Shown: positions 24,785-38,228 of the stretch, piece after piece
Layout of the letters: the number at the start of each line of letters is the position of its first letter
Numbering within the stretch: the stretch's first letter is position 1
DNA from: Takakia lepidozioides
Lineage: Eukaryota > Plantae > Bryophyta
NCBI GenBank assembly: GCA_030704615.1
Contig: CM060731.1
Coordinates: 85,374,001 to 85,438,000 of the forward strand
Length of the DNA stretch: 64,000 bases
Direction: 5' to 3'
The notes under the pieces: generated by a model
Told to the model about the DNA's origin: nothing
The model's input: the letters and a program-made list of their open reading frames with translations, nothing else
Database searches by the model: none
Translations under genes and position numbers: made by a program

Positions 24785-27639
24785 ACTGGGTCAAGAACAA
24801 CCAGATGTGACAGGCATCTGGTGGGATCATGGTGGTTGGAGAATTAAAGAATTTGATGTGAATCAAATTCCCTGTGGAACTGAGAAAGAAAGGTTGTCCA
24901 AGCAATTCTTTTAGAGATTCTTGGAATTGCCAGACGGTTGCAAAGAAAACATTCTTAAGAGAGTACATGATGCAGATCCTGAGTGGGGTTTGGAGAAAGG
25001 AGTGATAAAGATTTATCAAGTGGCCTGTAGAGGGAGGGCAAGTTGGTTACCAACGCTGGTTTATGTGATAGCATTGCTATCCATAAAACGAGTGGAGTTT
25101 GAAGGCTGGGAGGAACGGAAAGTGAATGTTTACACTCATATGCATGAAGAGTTGGTACTGGTAAAGAATTAGATTCCTAAGGATATATTGTGGATCAAAT
25201 TGACACCAAGAACAGCTTTTTAGACATGTTTGCTATATGGTTATATGGTAACTGAGACTTCTAGTATAGCCAAGGGTGCATTGAAGCTTGAAAGAAACCC
25301 AGGCATATACGAGAGATACTACAGAAGAGAGTTTTGGTTATTGCTTTATTGAAGATATGAAAGACATGGGACATGAGTGATGAAAGAGAAGCTAGACTTC
25401 ACAGATATTCAGCAAAAAAATAAAGTTATTTGAAAGCTAATTATCCATATCTCTGGGAGAGAGGAATAGACATAGGAGAATCGTCTGGACCTCTCACACC
25501 ATTAAGATCAAAGAGTACATCACCCATACCGGAGGAACCAGAGTTGAATGCCACTCCTTCTTATTCTTTACAAGAAAGATTAAGGGAATTGGTATAGGAA
25601 GAAGATCAACCACGAGGGGAGAGATCTGAGGTACATCCCTGGATCAAGGATTTGACGAAAATCTTTGATAAGAGTTGGCATGGGACACCAAAGGCAGGAA
25701 CTCCAGTTTCCGAATTACAAGATAAAGAGGGGGAGGAAGATGTGGCAGAACCAACGGAGAGTTCAAACTCTCCCACACCACTCCAGTTGAGTTACATAAG
25801 TGAGGAAGAAGAAATCCAAGTAAAGAACTTGGAAGATAAAAACAGAGAGAAGAATTTGGAAGATGAGGAGTATGAAGAAGTAGACCCAACAGTTGAGGTT
25901 GAGACTACAACCAGGACATCCCAACCCGTTGGACCTGGATCAAGTGGAGCACTTGAATCACAGGCCAACGAAGGTGTCGGCTCAGGGGGATCGGGCGGGA
26001 AGCTTGGATCTGGCTCTGGGGGGATATGGAGTGTGGGAAGTAGTGCAACTGGAGCTGGGAATACTGTGAGTATAGAAGGGCCAGTAGCATGGAGTGCTTG
26101 GGGGCCAGCACCTGGTGGAAGATCCACCACTACAACAATAGGTCCTCAAGGACCAGCACCAACAAGAGGACCAGCACCTGTCAGTGGGTAGGGTGTAAGG
26201 CCACAACTGGCGGTACCTCCAACACAGGCAAAACCACATTTTCCAATATATGCAGGGAAAGGGGATCCTGATGTACACATTAGCCAATTTGAGCACATGT
26301 GTATTGTGAACAATGAGAATGACGATGATGCCAAGATGAGACTGTTCCCTTGTTCACTTGTCTAGAAAGCAAGTGAATGGTATGCAAGATTCCCTGACAA
26401 TCATTTCCTAACCTTGAATGGCCTTAGTACAGAATTCCGAAACAGGTTCAGGACAAGAAAAACTGAGGATGAAGTGTATGGAAGTTTACAACAGTTAAAG
26501 CAAAAGAAGCATGAAACTGTTGAAGAGTACATGGAAAAGATGGAATTGATGATGAAAAAATTGGTTGCTGTACCAGCACCAGGGTTATAGAAGACCTGGT
26601 TTGTGAGTGGATTAAGACCTGAATTACAAAAGAAAGTGGATATGTTACCCCATAATACAGTAGAGGAGGCATTTGAAACAACCAACAGAATTGAGCAATT
26701 GGGAATGCTCAGGAGAGAGAAAAGAGATGATGAAGACTGTGAAGATGAGTCAGATGAGGAAGAAGAGCAAAAGCTAAGGAGGAAGAGTAAGAAGAAGGAA
26801 AAGTTGAAGAGGGATAACTATGAGGAAAGATTGGAAGAAATCTTGAAGAAGTATGCCACAGAGGCTGCAACACATTGGAGGAAAGGTGTTTGGTGTGCAA
26901 AATGCCAGAATGAAGGCCATACCACAGCTGAATGCCACATGAAGGAGAAACACTGTACTATCTGTAAAATGGATAACCATTCTACTGAGAACTGTTATTA
27001 CAACATAAGGACAGCTGCAAGAGAACCTAAGCAAGTAAGGGTGCATCAAGTGCAGCCTCAGCCAAGAAGAAACAATGATCAGGACCAATATGGAAGAGGT
27101 TTATTATTTCATGAGCCTATGAGCTCATGAGCCCATGAGCGTGCATCCACGGAATTAGAAATTATCTGCCGTTAGTGACGGTAATAGGGCATATATCCAC
27201 GGTAATAGGCACTGTTTCTGAACTCCGGAGACGCGGCTAGGCCTATTGCGGCGCCGTTATTCACATTTAGGGTTTGGAAAAAGAATTAAAAATGGCAGGA
27301 GATGGGTTAATCACGGTGCCGTAATACTAGCTTTGTGCTTCTCGAAAAATTTCTTGGTAGTGATGACTTGAGACCGGCCTATTGCTGCGACGTTTTTTTG
27401 TTTGTGGTCACCCAAAATTATAAAGTAAAGTCTGACATTGGCTTATTGCAACACTATTATATCATTTGTAAAGGTCTTGTTGTTCCCAACACCTTATACT
27501 AGCCTATTGTTGTGTCATTTTTCTGTCAAAGATAAGAGGTCCCATCACATAATATAGTTGAATTGGCTTTTTTTAAGACTAAATAAATCCCACACTGACT
27601 GAAGAGAGGTTAGGAAATTGCCATTCACTCTCCACCTAA

Positions 27640-29080
27640 GCTTGCAAAGTGTCCTCCTCATCGCCGTCACTTTCAAACGTGGACATAGCGATAAACTTGA
27701 GTACTTTGGCCTTGACAATTCTTGTATTGGGCCTCCCTCAATTGTATTCTCTCATTTCTTGCAGCCAGTAATTGCTCTACCCGATTAGGCCTCTCCGCCC
27801 TCCTAATGGATCTCTAGCAGCCGTGTTTGCATACAATGGGTGAAGAAATAAGAAGGGGAGGAGGAGACCAAAGTTGAGGAGGCTCAAGTACGGGAGAAGC
27901 CGCTTCCCCCAATGCATGTATTTGAGTGAGTTGCACCATTGTAAGTGTGTTGGGTTCAATTATAGCGACATCCATGTTTGACCATTATAAACCCTAAACG
28001 TTTGTTGACATATGGCAATATTTACATACTGCCATGTTACAGCCTTGCAGACTCGTCCAATGAGGAGATGGTTGATGAAACAAAGACTGAAATACAAATG
28101 CCATTCTTTGCCAGAAGGTCCTTTTTTGCAGTCCTCATCGTCCTCATGCTCATCCTCTGCTGGCAACTGCTGCAGGCCCGCTACATGGGAGTCGTAGAAG
28201 GCTGTTTTTCATTCAAATGCGAAGACATGCCGACTAGACTCGCGCCCGGCCCAGTACATTGAAGCACCTATCCATGAGTCTAGTGATCAAGAACAAATAT
28301 GTCAATAGCAATCGTGAGTAGCCATAGTAAATCCATGAATATCTATAGAGGACAATGGACTCTAATAACGACACCGCAACTACAAGAATCTCCTACTTGT
28401 GTTGGCTGCTGCGTCCAACACCCTGCCTTCTATGCTTGAACATGTTTCCATCAGCATTTGAATGAAAGTGGGACTTCTTGTCCTCCCATGCCTCCAAGCC
28501 CTCCCCCTCATGTCCCATGGAATATTGCGTGGTGAGACATGGTTGAAGAGAATGTCATACTCTATAGGGTCCACTATGGAGTCAACCATACAACCGTCTC
28601 CCTAGAATTCAAAATTGAATTCTTCTTGGTGAATGTGTCAAATAGAAGAGGCTACACAAAAACAAGGTCATTATTTTGACATAAGATTCCCCACAATTAG
28701 AATAAGGGCGCCGCAATTTACACTAGACAACTCTAGAGCTTACCTTCTGGCCATCGCAGGTTAGATGGTCCATGCTGTTGATGCAAGTCATCTCTTCTTC
28801 AAGGTGGGTGCAACACTTTTTTCCGTCCACAATTTCAAGGCTTCCGCACTCATCTTGTAACATATGTTAGAGAGCAATTTTGATAGGTGACAGAGGATTT
28901 TAATGAGACAGTAAAATAGTAGCAGACATTTGCATACCTTCTCGGCCGGGTCCACACAGGCGGTGGTGATATGATGTAGTTTTTCCACATCTCTGGTTTG
29001 ATGGTTTTTGAGTAATGCTTTGCTATCTCTGACAATATTGTCTCTTAAAGGCTTGGGTCAGGGATCGCTATAGACCTGAC
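27640..29080 (-). pseudogene. Remnants of the ParB-like/methyltransferase gene in MULE copy B
   Basis: AIPDPSL..ILSEIAKHYSKTIKP, EKLHHITTACVDPAEK, CINSMDHLTCDGQKV, DPIEYDILFNHV...WRHGRTRSPTFIQMLMETCSSIEGRVLD and GASMYWAG..SRHVFAFE all align to 45110-48240 with the same exon order. Confidence 0.85.
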
Positions 29081-30434
29081 AACTTTGGATCTGTACTTGG
29101 TCCGCGACCGTTGTCTGCAAAGACGATGACATCCCGGACAAGGGCCTGGGTCTTATTGGGGATCTCACATCCAACAGTGGAACTCATCCAGGCCAAGAAT
29201 GCTTTCCGTTCCTCGGGATAGGCCCGTTTATCCCTATTACGGCGCCGCAACTCATCAGTGTCGGGTTATCCCGCTATGGGGATTGGCATGTTCATCCATA
29301 ATATGGCATATTAATTCATCTGTGCCGGGCTATTCCATTCTACAGATGGGCCCATTCAACTATATTACGACGTTGTATTTCAACAGTGTCGGGTTATCAC
29401 GTTCTGCGGATGGGCCGACTCCTTTTTATTACGGGTATGTTCATCCTAATTTAGATGAACGAGTCTATCTTGAAGACGATAAAGAGCGCTTTGGATGATA
29501 TGCGGTGTCTTTTTGGATGAATTGCGGTGTCGCAATAGGAATAAACGGTCCCAGCCTGACACCGGTCGGCCCCTCCACTGATGAATTACGACACTGCAAT
29601 ATGAATGAACTGACCCAGATGATGGATGAACAATGACACTGTTATAGGGATGATAAGTGACATTGTTATTTGATGACAAGTTTTATACATGGAAATGACG
29701 TTTTTTCTACGAATTTACATTTTTGTAAAATGCATACTTGGTTGTAAAGACATGAAGTACTCATTTATGTGCCGCTGCAGTCGCTATTGCGGCGCCGAAA
29801 TTGCGTACGGCAGTCAGTGAATATTGACCGTTGGGTTTCACGTCGAGGTGTTTGTGCCTTTGTACTTGCAGATTTAGGCTAAAAAATCTAAGTTCGGTAG
29901 CATATAATGGCGTCGTAATTGTAATATATCCTGGTTTCATTTGGAATTGGATGACTTATAGACCTGGCCAAGAGTCCTCGAAGGTCCTCATAATGAAATA
30001 TAAGTACGAGAATTGGCCGATGAGATTGTCATCCGAAAATTTTCCAACGAATCCTCAGACGGAGGATTAACGTCGCCCTTACTATGACTTGTTCATGATA
30101 GACCTTCTGTCTGCGTAGCAGCCACTATATCAGACCCATCCAATTGGATTCAATGTCATCATTTCTTCTGCATATGGGCCGATTGCGTTGTCATTATTGG
30201 AATGTGTGTGTTCTGTGACAGGGTGACAGAGAAGCGTAAAAACGCACATGACACATATGTTATGCTGTATAGAGTGCAAGAAGTAGGACTTGCACCTCTG
30301 AAGGACTTTAAAACAGCCATCAATCTGGAGTTGTTAAGGAAGTTAGAGGTGAAAGCAGGCCGTACCTAGTCCGTCGGCTTATCTTGGATACCATGGTCGA
30401 ATACATCTATTTGGTGAGATTCAGCTCTAACTTT

Positions 30435-31410
30435 TGCTCACGGGTATGTTCATCCCTATTTCGGCGCCAAAATTCATCCATGGGTTTAAATTCATTTTGA
30501 TTACGGGTACGTTCATCCCTATTATGACGCCGAAATTCATCCGTAGGTCGAAATAACTTTTTGCTCACGTTCTTCCCTATTTCGGCGCCGAAATTCATCC
30601 GTGGGTCGAGATAACGTTTTGCTCGCGGGTATGCTCATTCCTATTTCGGCGCCAAAATTCATCCATGGGTCGAAATAACTTTTTGCTCCTAGGTATGTTC
30701 ATCCCTATTTCGTCGCCGAATATTTTTTTGCTCACGGGTATGTTCATCACTATTTCGGCGCCGAAATTCATCTATAACCGTTTTTGTTTTTGTTTTTGTT
30801 TTTGTTTTTGTTTTTGTTTTTGTTTTTTTTTTGGTTCTCCTGGCGGCCGTTCCTCAGGATTGGCCTATTTCGGCGCCAAAATTCATCCATGAAAGAGGTT
30901 GGGTGTGTGTGTATGGGTTTTTTTTCAACGTAATGGGCCCGATCGTCCCTATTACGGCGCCGCAATCCAATAGTTCTGTCTCCTTGTCGTCCGCATTCTT
31001 GTCTGTTTAACCCTTTTGCGACATCGTGATTCATCTATCTGCTCACGGGTACGTTCATCCCTATTTCGGCGCCGAAAATCATCCGTGGGTCGAAATAACC
31101 TTTTACTCACGCGTATTTTCATCCCTATTTCGGCGTCGAAATTCATCCATGGGTTTAAATTCATTTTTGTTCATGGGTTCGTTCATCCCTATTTCGGTGC
31201 CGAAATTCATTTATGGGTGGAAATTCTTTTTTGCTCACGGGTAAGTTCATCCCTATTTCGGCGCCGAAATTCATCCGTGGGTTGAAATTCTTTTTTGCTC
31301 ACGCGTATGTTCATCCTTATTTTGGCGCCGAAATTCATTCGTGGGCTGAAATTTCTTTTTGCTCACGGGTATGTTCATCCCTATTTCGGCGCCGAAATTC
31401 ATCCGTCGCC
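30435..31410. repeat. ~59-60 bp tandem array with the perfect 16 bp palindrome ATTTCGGCGCCGAAAT; (TTTTTG)n at 30781-30832
   Basis: Unit TTTTTGCTCACGGGTATGTTCATCCCTATTTCGGCGCCGAAATTCATCCGTGGGTCGAAAT repeated. Confidence 0.95.
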
Positions 31411-31467
31411 GGGATAGGGTGTTCGAAATTAGCTACGTTCAAAGTGTATTAATCGAGGAATTCATCT

Positions 31468-31840
31468 AGATGATGTCATTCTCAATTGATTGTCATCTCG
31501 TTCACCCCTATTACGGCGCCGTCATAGCGGTGTGATATCCCTTTCTCGTCTGATTTCGTGCCTGTTCATCCCTATTGTAGCGTCGTAATTCATCCATCTC
31601 GAGGGTTTCGAACTGTCATATTAGGACTGTTCATCCCTATTACGACGCCTTAAATTCCTCCAGATCATGTCATTCTCATTTGATTGTCATCCCGTTCATC
31701 CCTATTACGGCGCCGTAATAGGGGTGTGACATCCTTTTCTTGTCCGCTTTTGTGCCTGTTCATCCCTTTTGCGACGTCGTAATTCATCCATCCCGAGGGT
31801 TTCAAACTGTCATGTCTGGACTGTTCATCTCTATTACGGC
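31468..31840. repeat. Two ~195 bp tandem units with the palindrome CCTATTACGGCGCCGTAATAGG
   Basis: 31472 and 31666 begin near-identical units; a perfect 22 bp palindrome is at about 31701-31722. Confidence 0.88.
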
Positions 31841-31844
31841 ACAA

Positions 31845-32380
31845 GGAAGAAGCTGGGCGAGGGGGATATGAAGGAACTTCTAGAAGCTGGGAAATGGACT
31901 GCAGCATTGCGAGAAGCTATAAGATCGACACCCTTACACCATCGGGGGGAACTGTCTCGAGGGTGATGTCCACAATCGGCCGGTGAAGAGAATAATTGAC
32001 AACCTCCCAGGAGGCGACGGGGATTCATGGAGATCAGATATGGACATCCACACTCAACCTTGGGGCCCAACGATGTTGCTTAGGACGCCAGGTCCAAGCA
32101 GGACTCCCACTCCCTCTCCGTCACAGTCGGTGGAATCACTGCCAGACAGTGCACTGCGTCGCGAGGACAAGCCTGAGCTGCATTTCAGATCGTTACCCAA
32201 TACGGCATACCAGTCGTGGAGAGAGAGATCTCTGCAAACACCTGTAAACTCTTCCCCTGAAAACACTTGTACTACAAATATCTGAAGCGCGTGAAGTGCA
32301 TTCCTATAGTGGACGACTTCATCCATGCTCCAACACTGAGCTTCAACGAGCTCCACAAGGTCCTCAGACAGAATATAGGG
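31845..32380 (+). pseudogene. Deleted remnant of the MULE transposase
   Basis: LEGDVHNRPVKRIIDNLPGGDGDSWRSD, VTQYGIPVVE and KHLYYKYLKR...DDFIHAPTLSFNELHKVL match ORF 7872-9014. Confidence 0.88.
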
Positions 32381-35300
32381 AGAAGGTTCACATTGGACGA
32401 TCGTAATTCAGAAACTGCAAAGTGTGTTACATCACATATACCCTTTCAATGTTGTTATTGCGGCGTTTTTATCCCTTCGAAACTTATGGACCTCATATTG
32501 TGACCTAATTTTGTGACCTTCATCCCACTACATGCAAGTCTTTTGGCAAGAACTATATACATTCTGGTGCCATCGTGTTTCCATGGGGTGCCGTAATAGG
32601 ATAAGTGTCCCCTTCCAGCCTGTATCTTTGAATTATGGTTTTGTCTGCTAATGGATCAGTGTAAAGCATTCATTTTTTGGAGATGTAGGGGCCAATTTTG
32701 GCCTATTTTGGTGCCTTTATTCCTCTGAAACTTCTGCACTTCATATTGTGATCTTCATCCCATAGCATGCATGTCTATTAGCAACAACTATAGATTTGGT
32801 CCCGTTGTGTTTCCATCGCCTACCCTCTTACGGTGTCGTAATATGGGAAGTGTCTCATTTAGCCCTGTTTCCAATAAGCATGCCTCTAATTCTGCATTTG
32901 CTTGTTAAAGGATCAATGCAAAGCATATATTTTTTGGAGATGCATGGGCCCATTGTGGCATATTTATCCCTGAACTCACTTTTGCTTCCAATGATATGGC
33001 TTTGTTTGCCACGTGCAGTGCCTTTAATGGATTACAGGTGTCTTGTTCCAATGTCCATGGCGCCTACTATGAATGATTATTGCATTCACATACTGCACCT
33101 TGTCCACAAAGACCATTCCCATACACAGACCACACGTCCCATTAAAAAAATACCATTTTCGATTATTTTATGGTTTTTCCTGAAAAAAACCTGCCGTTAT
33201 TCGGAGTGTGTTACTTGGCGGCTCATGGCTCATGCATGCCCGCTCATGAGCTCATGAGCTCATGGAATAGCAACCCCCCAATATGGAAGGCCTGGTGGAT
33301 ATAACAATGGTACGGCAGGGAGAGGTCATCCAAGAGGGAATTACCAAGGCAATCCCAGAGGCAACTATCATGGTAATCCAAGGGGGAATTACCAGCTAGG
33401 GAATCAGGATTATAGAAATAATCTCAGAGCAGACCAAGGGCGAGGACCTAACGGGGAAGAACTGTGTTACTATTGTAATCAGGCAAGACATCTCAAGGCA
33501 ACCTGTCCATTCTGGATCAGACACCAGAATGAGATGAGAGCTCTTGTGAATTAGGGCCCGGTGGTGGCAGCTCACATGGTTAGGCCATGTTTTGTACCAG
33601 AAATAAGTACAATGATAGTAACCAGAAGCAAAGCTAAACTAATACCTCCAGTGGATGAGGAAGAAGATGGTTATGAGGATGGCAGTGATGTGCCTGAAGA
33701 TGATGAGGCTTGGAGAGATGAGAAGGAACTACACAGGGAAGTGGTAGACACCATAAGGGAAATGCAGAATACTGATTTCCTATGGCAGATACTTCTGACT
33801 CTGATAGAGAAGATGGAGAGGGTGAAGAAGAAGTGAAGAAAGAAGCTGCACAAGTGCAGATCAATGAAGGGATTTTGGCTGAAGTAATATGCCAGACCAA
33901 AGCTGAGATTACCATTGGACAGCTATTGGTTGTGGCACCTCATTGTAGACACAGGCTGTATCAAGCAATTAATCAGATTGCTCATGTGACAGAGAACATA
34001 AACCTGAACAGCAAAGTGACAAGTTATAATGTGAAGCCTGAAGGGCGAGAAACAGTCATGGACTTTGATGATTTTATGCCAGTAATCCAATTGAGAATTG
34101 GAAGCACAAACTTGACTGATGTACTGATAGATGGAGGTTCGGGAGTGAATATTATGATAGACCAATGAAGGCAGAAGCTTGGTTTGAGTAACATGAAACC
34201 AGCCCCATTTACTGTAACAATGGCAGATCAAAGGAGTGTACTGCCTTTAGGCTTGATAAGAGGAGTAAAGATACAGATCCAAGAGATGATATTTAAGATC
34301 ACAGTGACTGTGTTGAAAATGGATGATGTCATGGAAGCTTACTCCTTATTGCTGGGACGACCATGGCTGAAACAGGCCAGGGTATTCCATGATTGGAATT
34401 CCCAGTTACTGACTGTGCATGATGGGAAGCACATGATACAGGTCACCACTAAGAAATCTAGTAGGCTACCTGCTACCAGAAGATCTCGTGGAGTCAGAGA
34501 GTATGACTGGAGGGGAGGACTTGATGAGGAGCAGGAAGCTACCTTGTTTGCTGCACACCCAGAGTGGGAACAAGTTGCAGAAATACAACTGGGAGGTATG
34601 AGTTGTTTTAAAGGTATCTGTTGTGGTGCAGTAACAGCAACACCAATTGAGGATGAAACAAGTAGTTACCCACCGCATTTCTATGAAGAGAGAGAGGGAG
34701 AAATGGAAATCCTAGAAGAACCAGCCACTGTGAGTTTACAGGATGAAGTGGTGGTTGGATGGACAATCACAGCTGAGGAGTAGGTGAGAGAAGTGAATGT
34801 GGGAACGGAGGAGGAACCAAGAATGGTGAAAGTAGGGGCTGATTTGGAGCCAGAATTCTTTGAGGAGGCTAAGAGCCTGTTTATTTACTACAAAGATGTA
34901 TTCGCATGGAGCTATGAGGATCTAAAAGGGATACCCCCTAGATTTGCCAGCATAAGATTGAATTGGAACCAGGGTCAGTACCAATCAAACAGGCAAGGTA
35001 CAGGATGAATCCCAACTATGCACAGAAGGTTGGGGAGGAGATCAAGAAGTTGGCTGAGGCTAAGTTCATATACCCAATAGAGTATACAACTTGGTTGTCA
35101 CCCATTGTGATAGTTCCCAAGAAGAATGTCAAACTAAGAGTTTGTGTGATAAGAAGTTGAATGCTTGTACAAAGAAAGATCCCTTTCCCTTGCCATTCAC
35201 AAAAGCGATACTAGACACTGTAGCAGGCCATGAGATGTACTCATTCATGGATGGCTTCAGCGGGTATAACCAAGTACAAGTGGCAGAAGAAGATCAGGGA

Positions 35301-38228
35301 AAGACAGCTTTCATCACAGATAGAGGTGCTTATGCATACAAAGTCATGTCTTTTGGACTTTGTAATGCACCAGCAACATTTCAGAGAGTGATAAGTGAAT
35401 CCTTCCATGAGTATCTGGATGATTTCATGCAAGTGTTCTTAGATGATTTCAGTGTGTACAGCTCTAAGAATGAGCACTTGCATAAATTGGAGTTATGTTT
35501 GGCCAGATGCAAGATGAGAGGTTTGGGTCTGAATCCAGAAAAATGTACTTTCTGTGTGAACTCAGGGGTACTACTGGGACACATTGTGTGTAAGAAGGGA
35601 TTACTTCTGGACCCCAGAAAGACGGAGGCCATTAAAGCATCTCCACCACTAGGAAATTTGAAAAGTCTAAGGAGATTCCTTGGACAAACCAGTTACTACA
35701 GAAGGTTTGTTAGACGATATGCACAGATGGCAACACCTTTGAGCAAGGTTCTGAAGAAGGATGCAGTGTTTACATGGACAGCTGAATGTCAGCAGGCTTT
35801 TGAGTAACTTACATTGTCAGTACAACTACACCTGTGCTGATTAACCCTCACTAGCATGTAGTATTTCATGTACACTGTGATGCCTCAGGAGAAGCATTGG
35901 GAGTTATGTTAGCCCAAAATATCACAAGAAACATAGATTCACTTGTGTACTATGCTAGCAGGTTATTGAACAGTGCTGAAAGGAACTATAGCACCACTGA
36001 AAGAGAAGCATTGGCAATGGTTTATGCAGTCAAGAAATTTAGGCATTACCTATTGGGAAGGAAGTTTATGTTTTATGTGGATCATCAGGCTTTGATTTAT
36101 CTGGTGAACAAGACTTTGATAAGTGGCAGGATAGCAGGATGGTTAATAATCTTGCACGAGTTTGAATTCGAAGTTGTTTACAAGCCTGGTCGTTTGCATC
36201 TTGTGGCAGATCACTTTTCACGCCTAACAACAGGAGAGCCTGCCACGGGAGTAGAAGACCAATTACCTGATGCGAGTTTATTTGCAGTGGAGGTGCAAGG
36301 AAGTGCAGATGATTGGTTAGATTGGCAGTGGCCAATTAGATACTATCTTACTCATGGTCAGTGCCCACCCAGTTATGGGAAGGAGCGGATAAAGAGAATA
36401 GCTATCAAGGCTTATACTATGATAGGTGGCAGATTATATAAGCTAGGACCTAATGGAGTTCTGAAACGATGCTTGTACCACCATGAAGTAAATAAAGTCT
36501 TGGAGGAAGTTCATAAGGGAGTGGCTGGAGGTCATTTTGGAGAGGAGACTACCAGTAGGAAGATACTACTTGCAGGTTACTGGTGGCCTACTTTATTCAA
36601 AGATGTGCACAGGTATTGCAAGAGTTGTGATGAGTGTCAGAGGGCTAGGACCTTTGCAAAGATCCGGGAAGATGACTTTGCATCCGACGATGCCTACTAA
36701 ACCATTTCAGAAATGGGGACTAGACTTTGTTGGACCAATAAACCCACCAGCCAGAAATACACATAACAAGTATATAATCACAGCCACTGATTATACTACA
36801 AAGTGGGTGGAAGCTAAAGCTCTGAGGGATAACACAGCTAAGTCCACAGCAAGGTTCTTGTATGAGAACATACTTACAAGATTTGGGTGTCCCCTGGAAT
36901 TTATTAGTGACCAGGGAAGTCACTCTATTAACGAGACTATATAACTATTGACTAAAGAGTTCATGATTGTGCACATGAAGAGTACAACCTATTTACCCAC
37001 AGGGTAATGGGCAGACAGAGGCCACAAACAAAATACTATGCACTATCTTGGCTAAGATAGTCAATGCAAACAGAACAGATTGGGATACAAAGCTTCTAAT
37101 AGCTTTATGGTCATACAGAACTTCATATAAAGTCACAACCAAGTATACACCATTCCAATTAGTTTATGGTATGGAGGCTTTACTTCCAGTGGAATTCTTG
37201 TTACCTACCATGAGAACTCAACGGGGAAGGAGAATGAAATTGGAAGATTCAATTAAAATCAGGAAATATGAATTATATCATGTGGAAGAAGTACGTGCTG
37301 ATGCAACAGATAACATGACCATAATTCAGATGAAGAGGAAGGATCAATTTGATGAAGATAAACTGAAAACTTTTAAGACGGGTGATTTGGTTCTGTGGTT
37401 GCAAAAGAAGGGAAAGATTAAAGCTTCTAAGCTTAAGTCACCATGGAAAGGACCTTATGTCATACAAAAGATGTATGATAACAACACAGCCATGTTACAA
37501 ACCATTAACAAAGAAATGCTGGGAAGAGTCAATGCAAATAAGTTGAAGGGATACAGTGGTATCCATGACAAACCATTGCAGCATGATTTACATGTTGAAA
37601 CACAGAAACAGTCACGGGCTGCACCGGTGATACCAACGGAGCATGAAGCACTTGTCGCAAAGCCGAATGTGTATGGCCTGAGCGGAGAACACGGGTGTTT
37701 GCACAGTTATCACAGCCCATCACTCACACAGCCTATCACAGTTTACCACAGTTTAACACAGCCTGTCACAGCCCAACACAGCCTACGTGGGTTGCACAGT
37801 CCATAGGGTCAGTGACAGGTGGACGCGGGTTAACGTCAGAAAAGTGGCCGACAAGTGAAAGGACAGCTTGGAAGTCAAACTCGGAGAATGTGCCATGCGG
37901 ACAGGGGAAGACGGGGGCATGTTTAAAAACAAACACGTGGCCACTAGGGCGAAGCACACTGCGGTGCATATATTGCAAAAGTGGGTGTCATCATGCAAGA
38001 GGACAAACTGGGCCGTCAAAGTACCTACCCGGTACATCAACCAAAACTATTTGTGGGCCCATTAATGCATCCAGGGCAAAGGTAACGGAACCCTTTACGT
38101 GTATAGCAAAGGGGGACCTTTGCCACCTGTGCTGTCCTAGTGGACATTCCAGGTGGGAATGTCCACTGAGAGGGGTAAAATTAAGAAGTTAACCAAGGAG
38201 GCAACAACCAATCAGGAGCGAGAATTTC

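Larger units (their letters stand above)
27096..33278. mobile_element. Mutator-like element, copy B: complete ends, internally deleted non-autonomous derivative of a diverged subfamily
   Basis: TIRs GAGGTTTATTATTTCATGAGC and GCTCATGGAATAGCAACCCCC. Target duplication CAATATGGAA (27086-27095 and 33279-33288) in gag; removing the element restores the sequence seen at 16170-16200. Confidence 0.93.
25373..37806 (+). pseudogene. gag-pol of gypsy copy 2 (many stops and frameshifts; split by the MULE insertion)
   Basis: Gag and CCHC knuckles; protease VLIDGGSGVNIM...LLLGRPWL; RT; RNase H (AERNYSTTEREALAMVYAVKKFRHYL); integrase (GGHFG...GYWWP...[26 protein letters not shown]). Confidence 0.95.

Noticed and set aside
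30435-31410. Literal bacterial parS site
   Set aside because: The 16 bp palindrome does not resemble the TGTTTCACGTGAAACA consensus; only a functional analogy is proposed.
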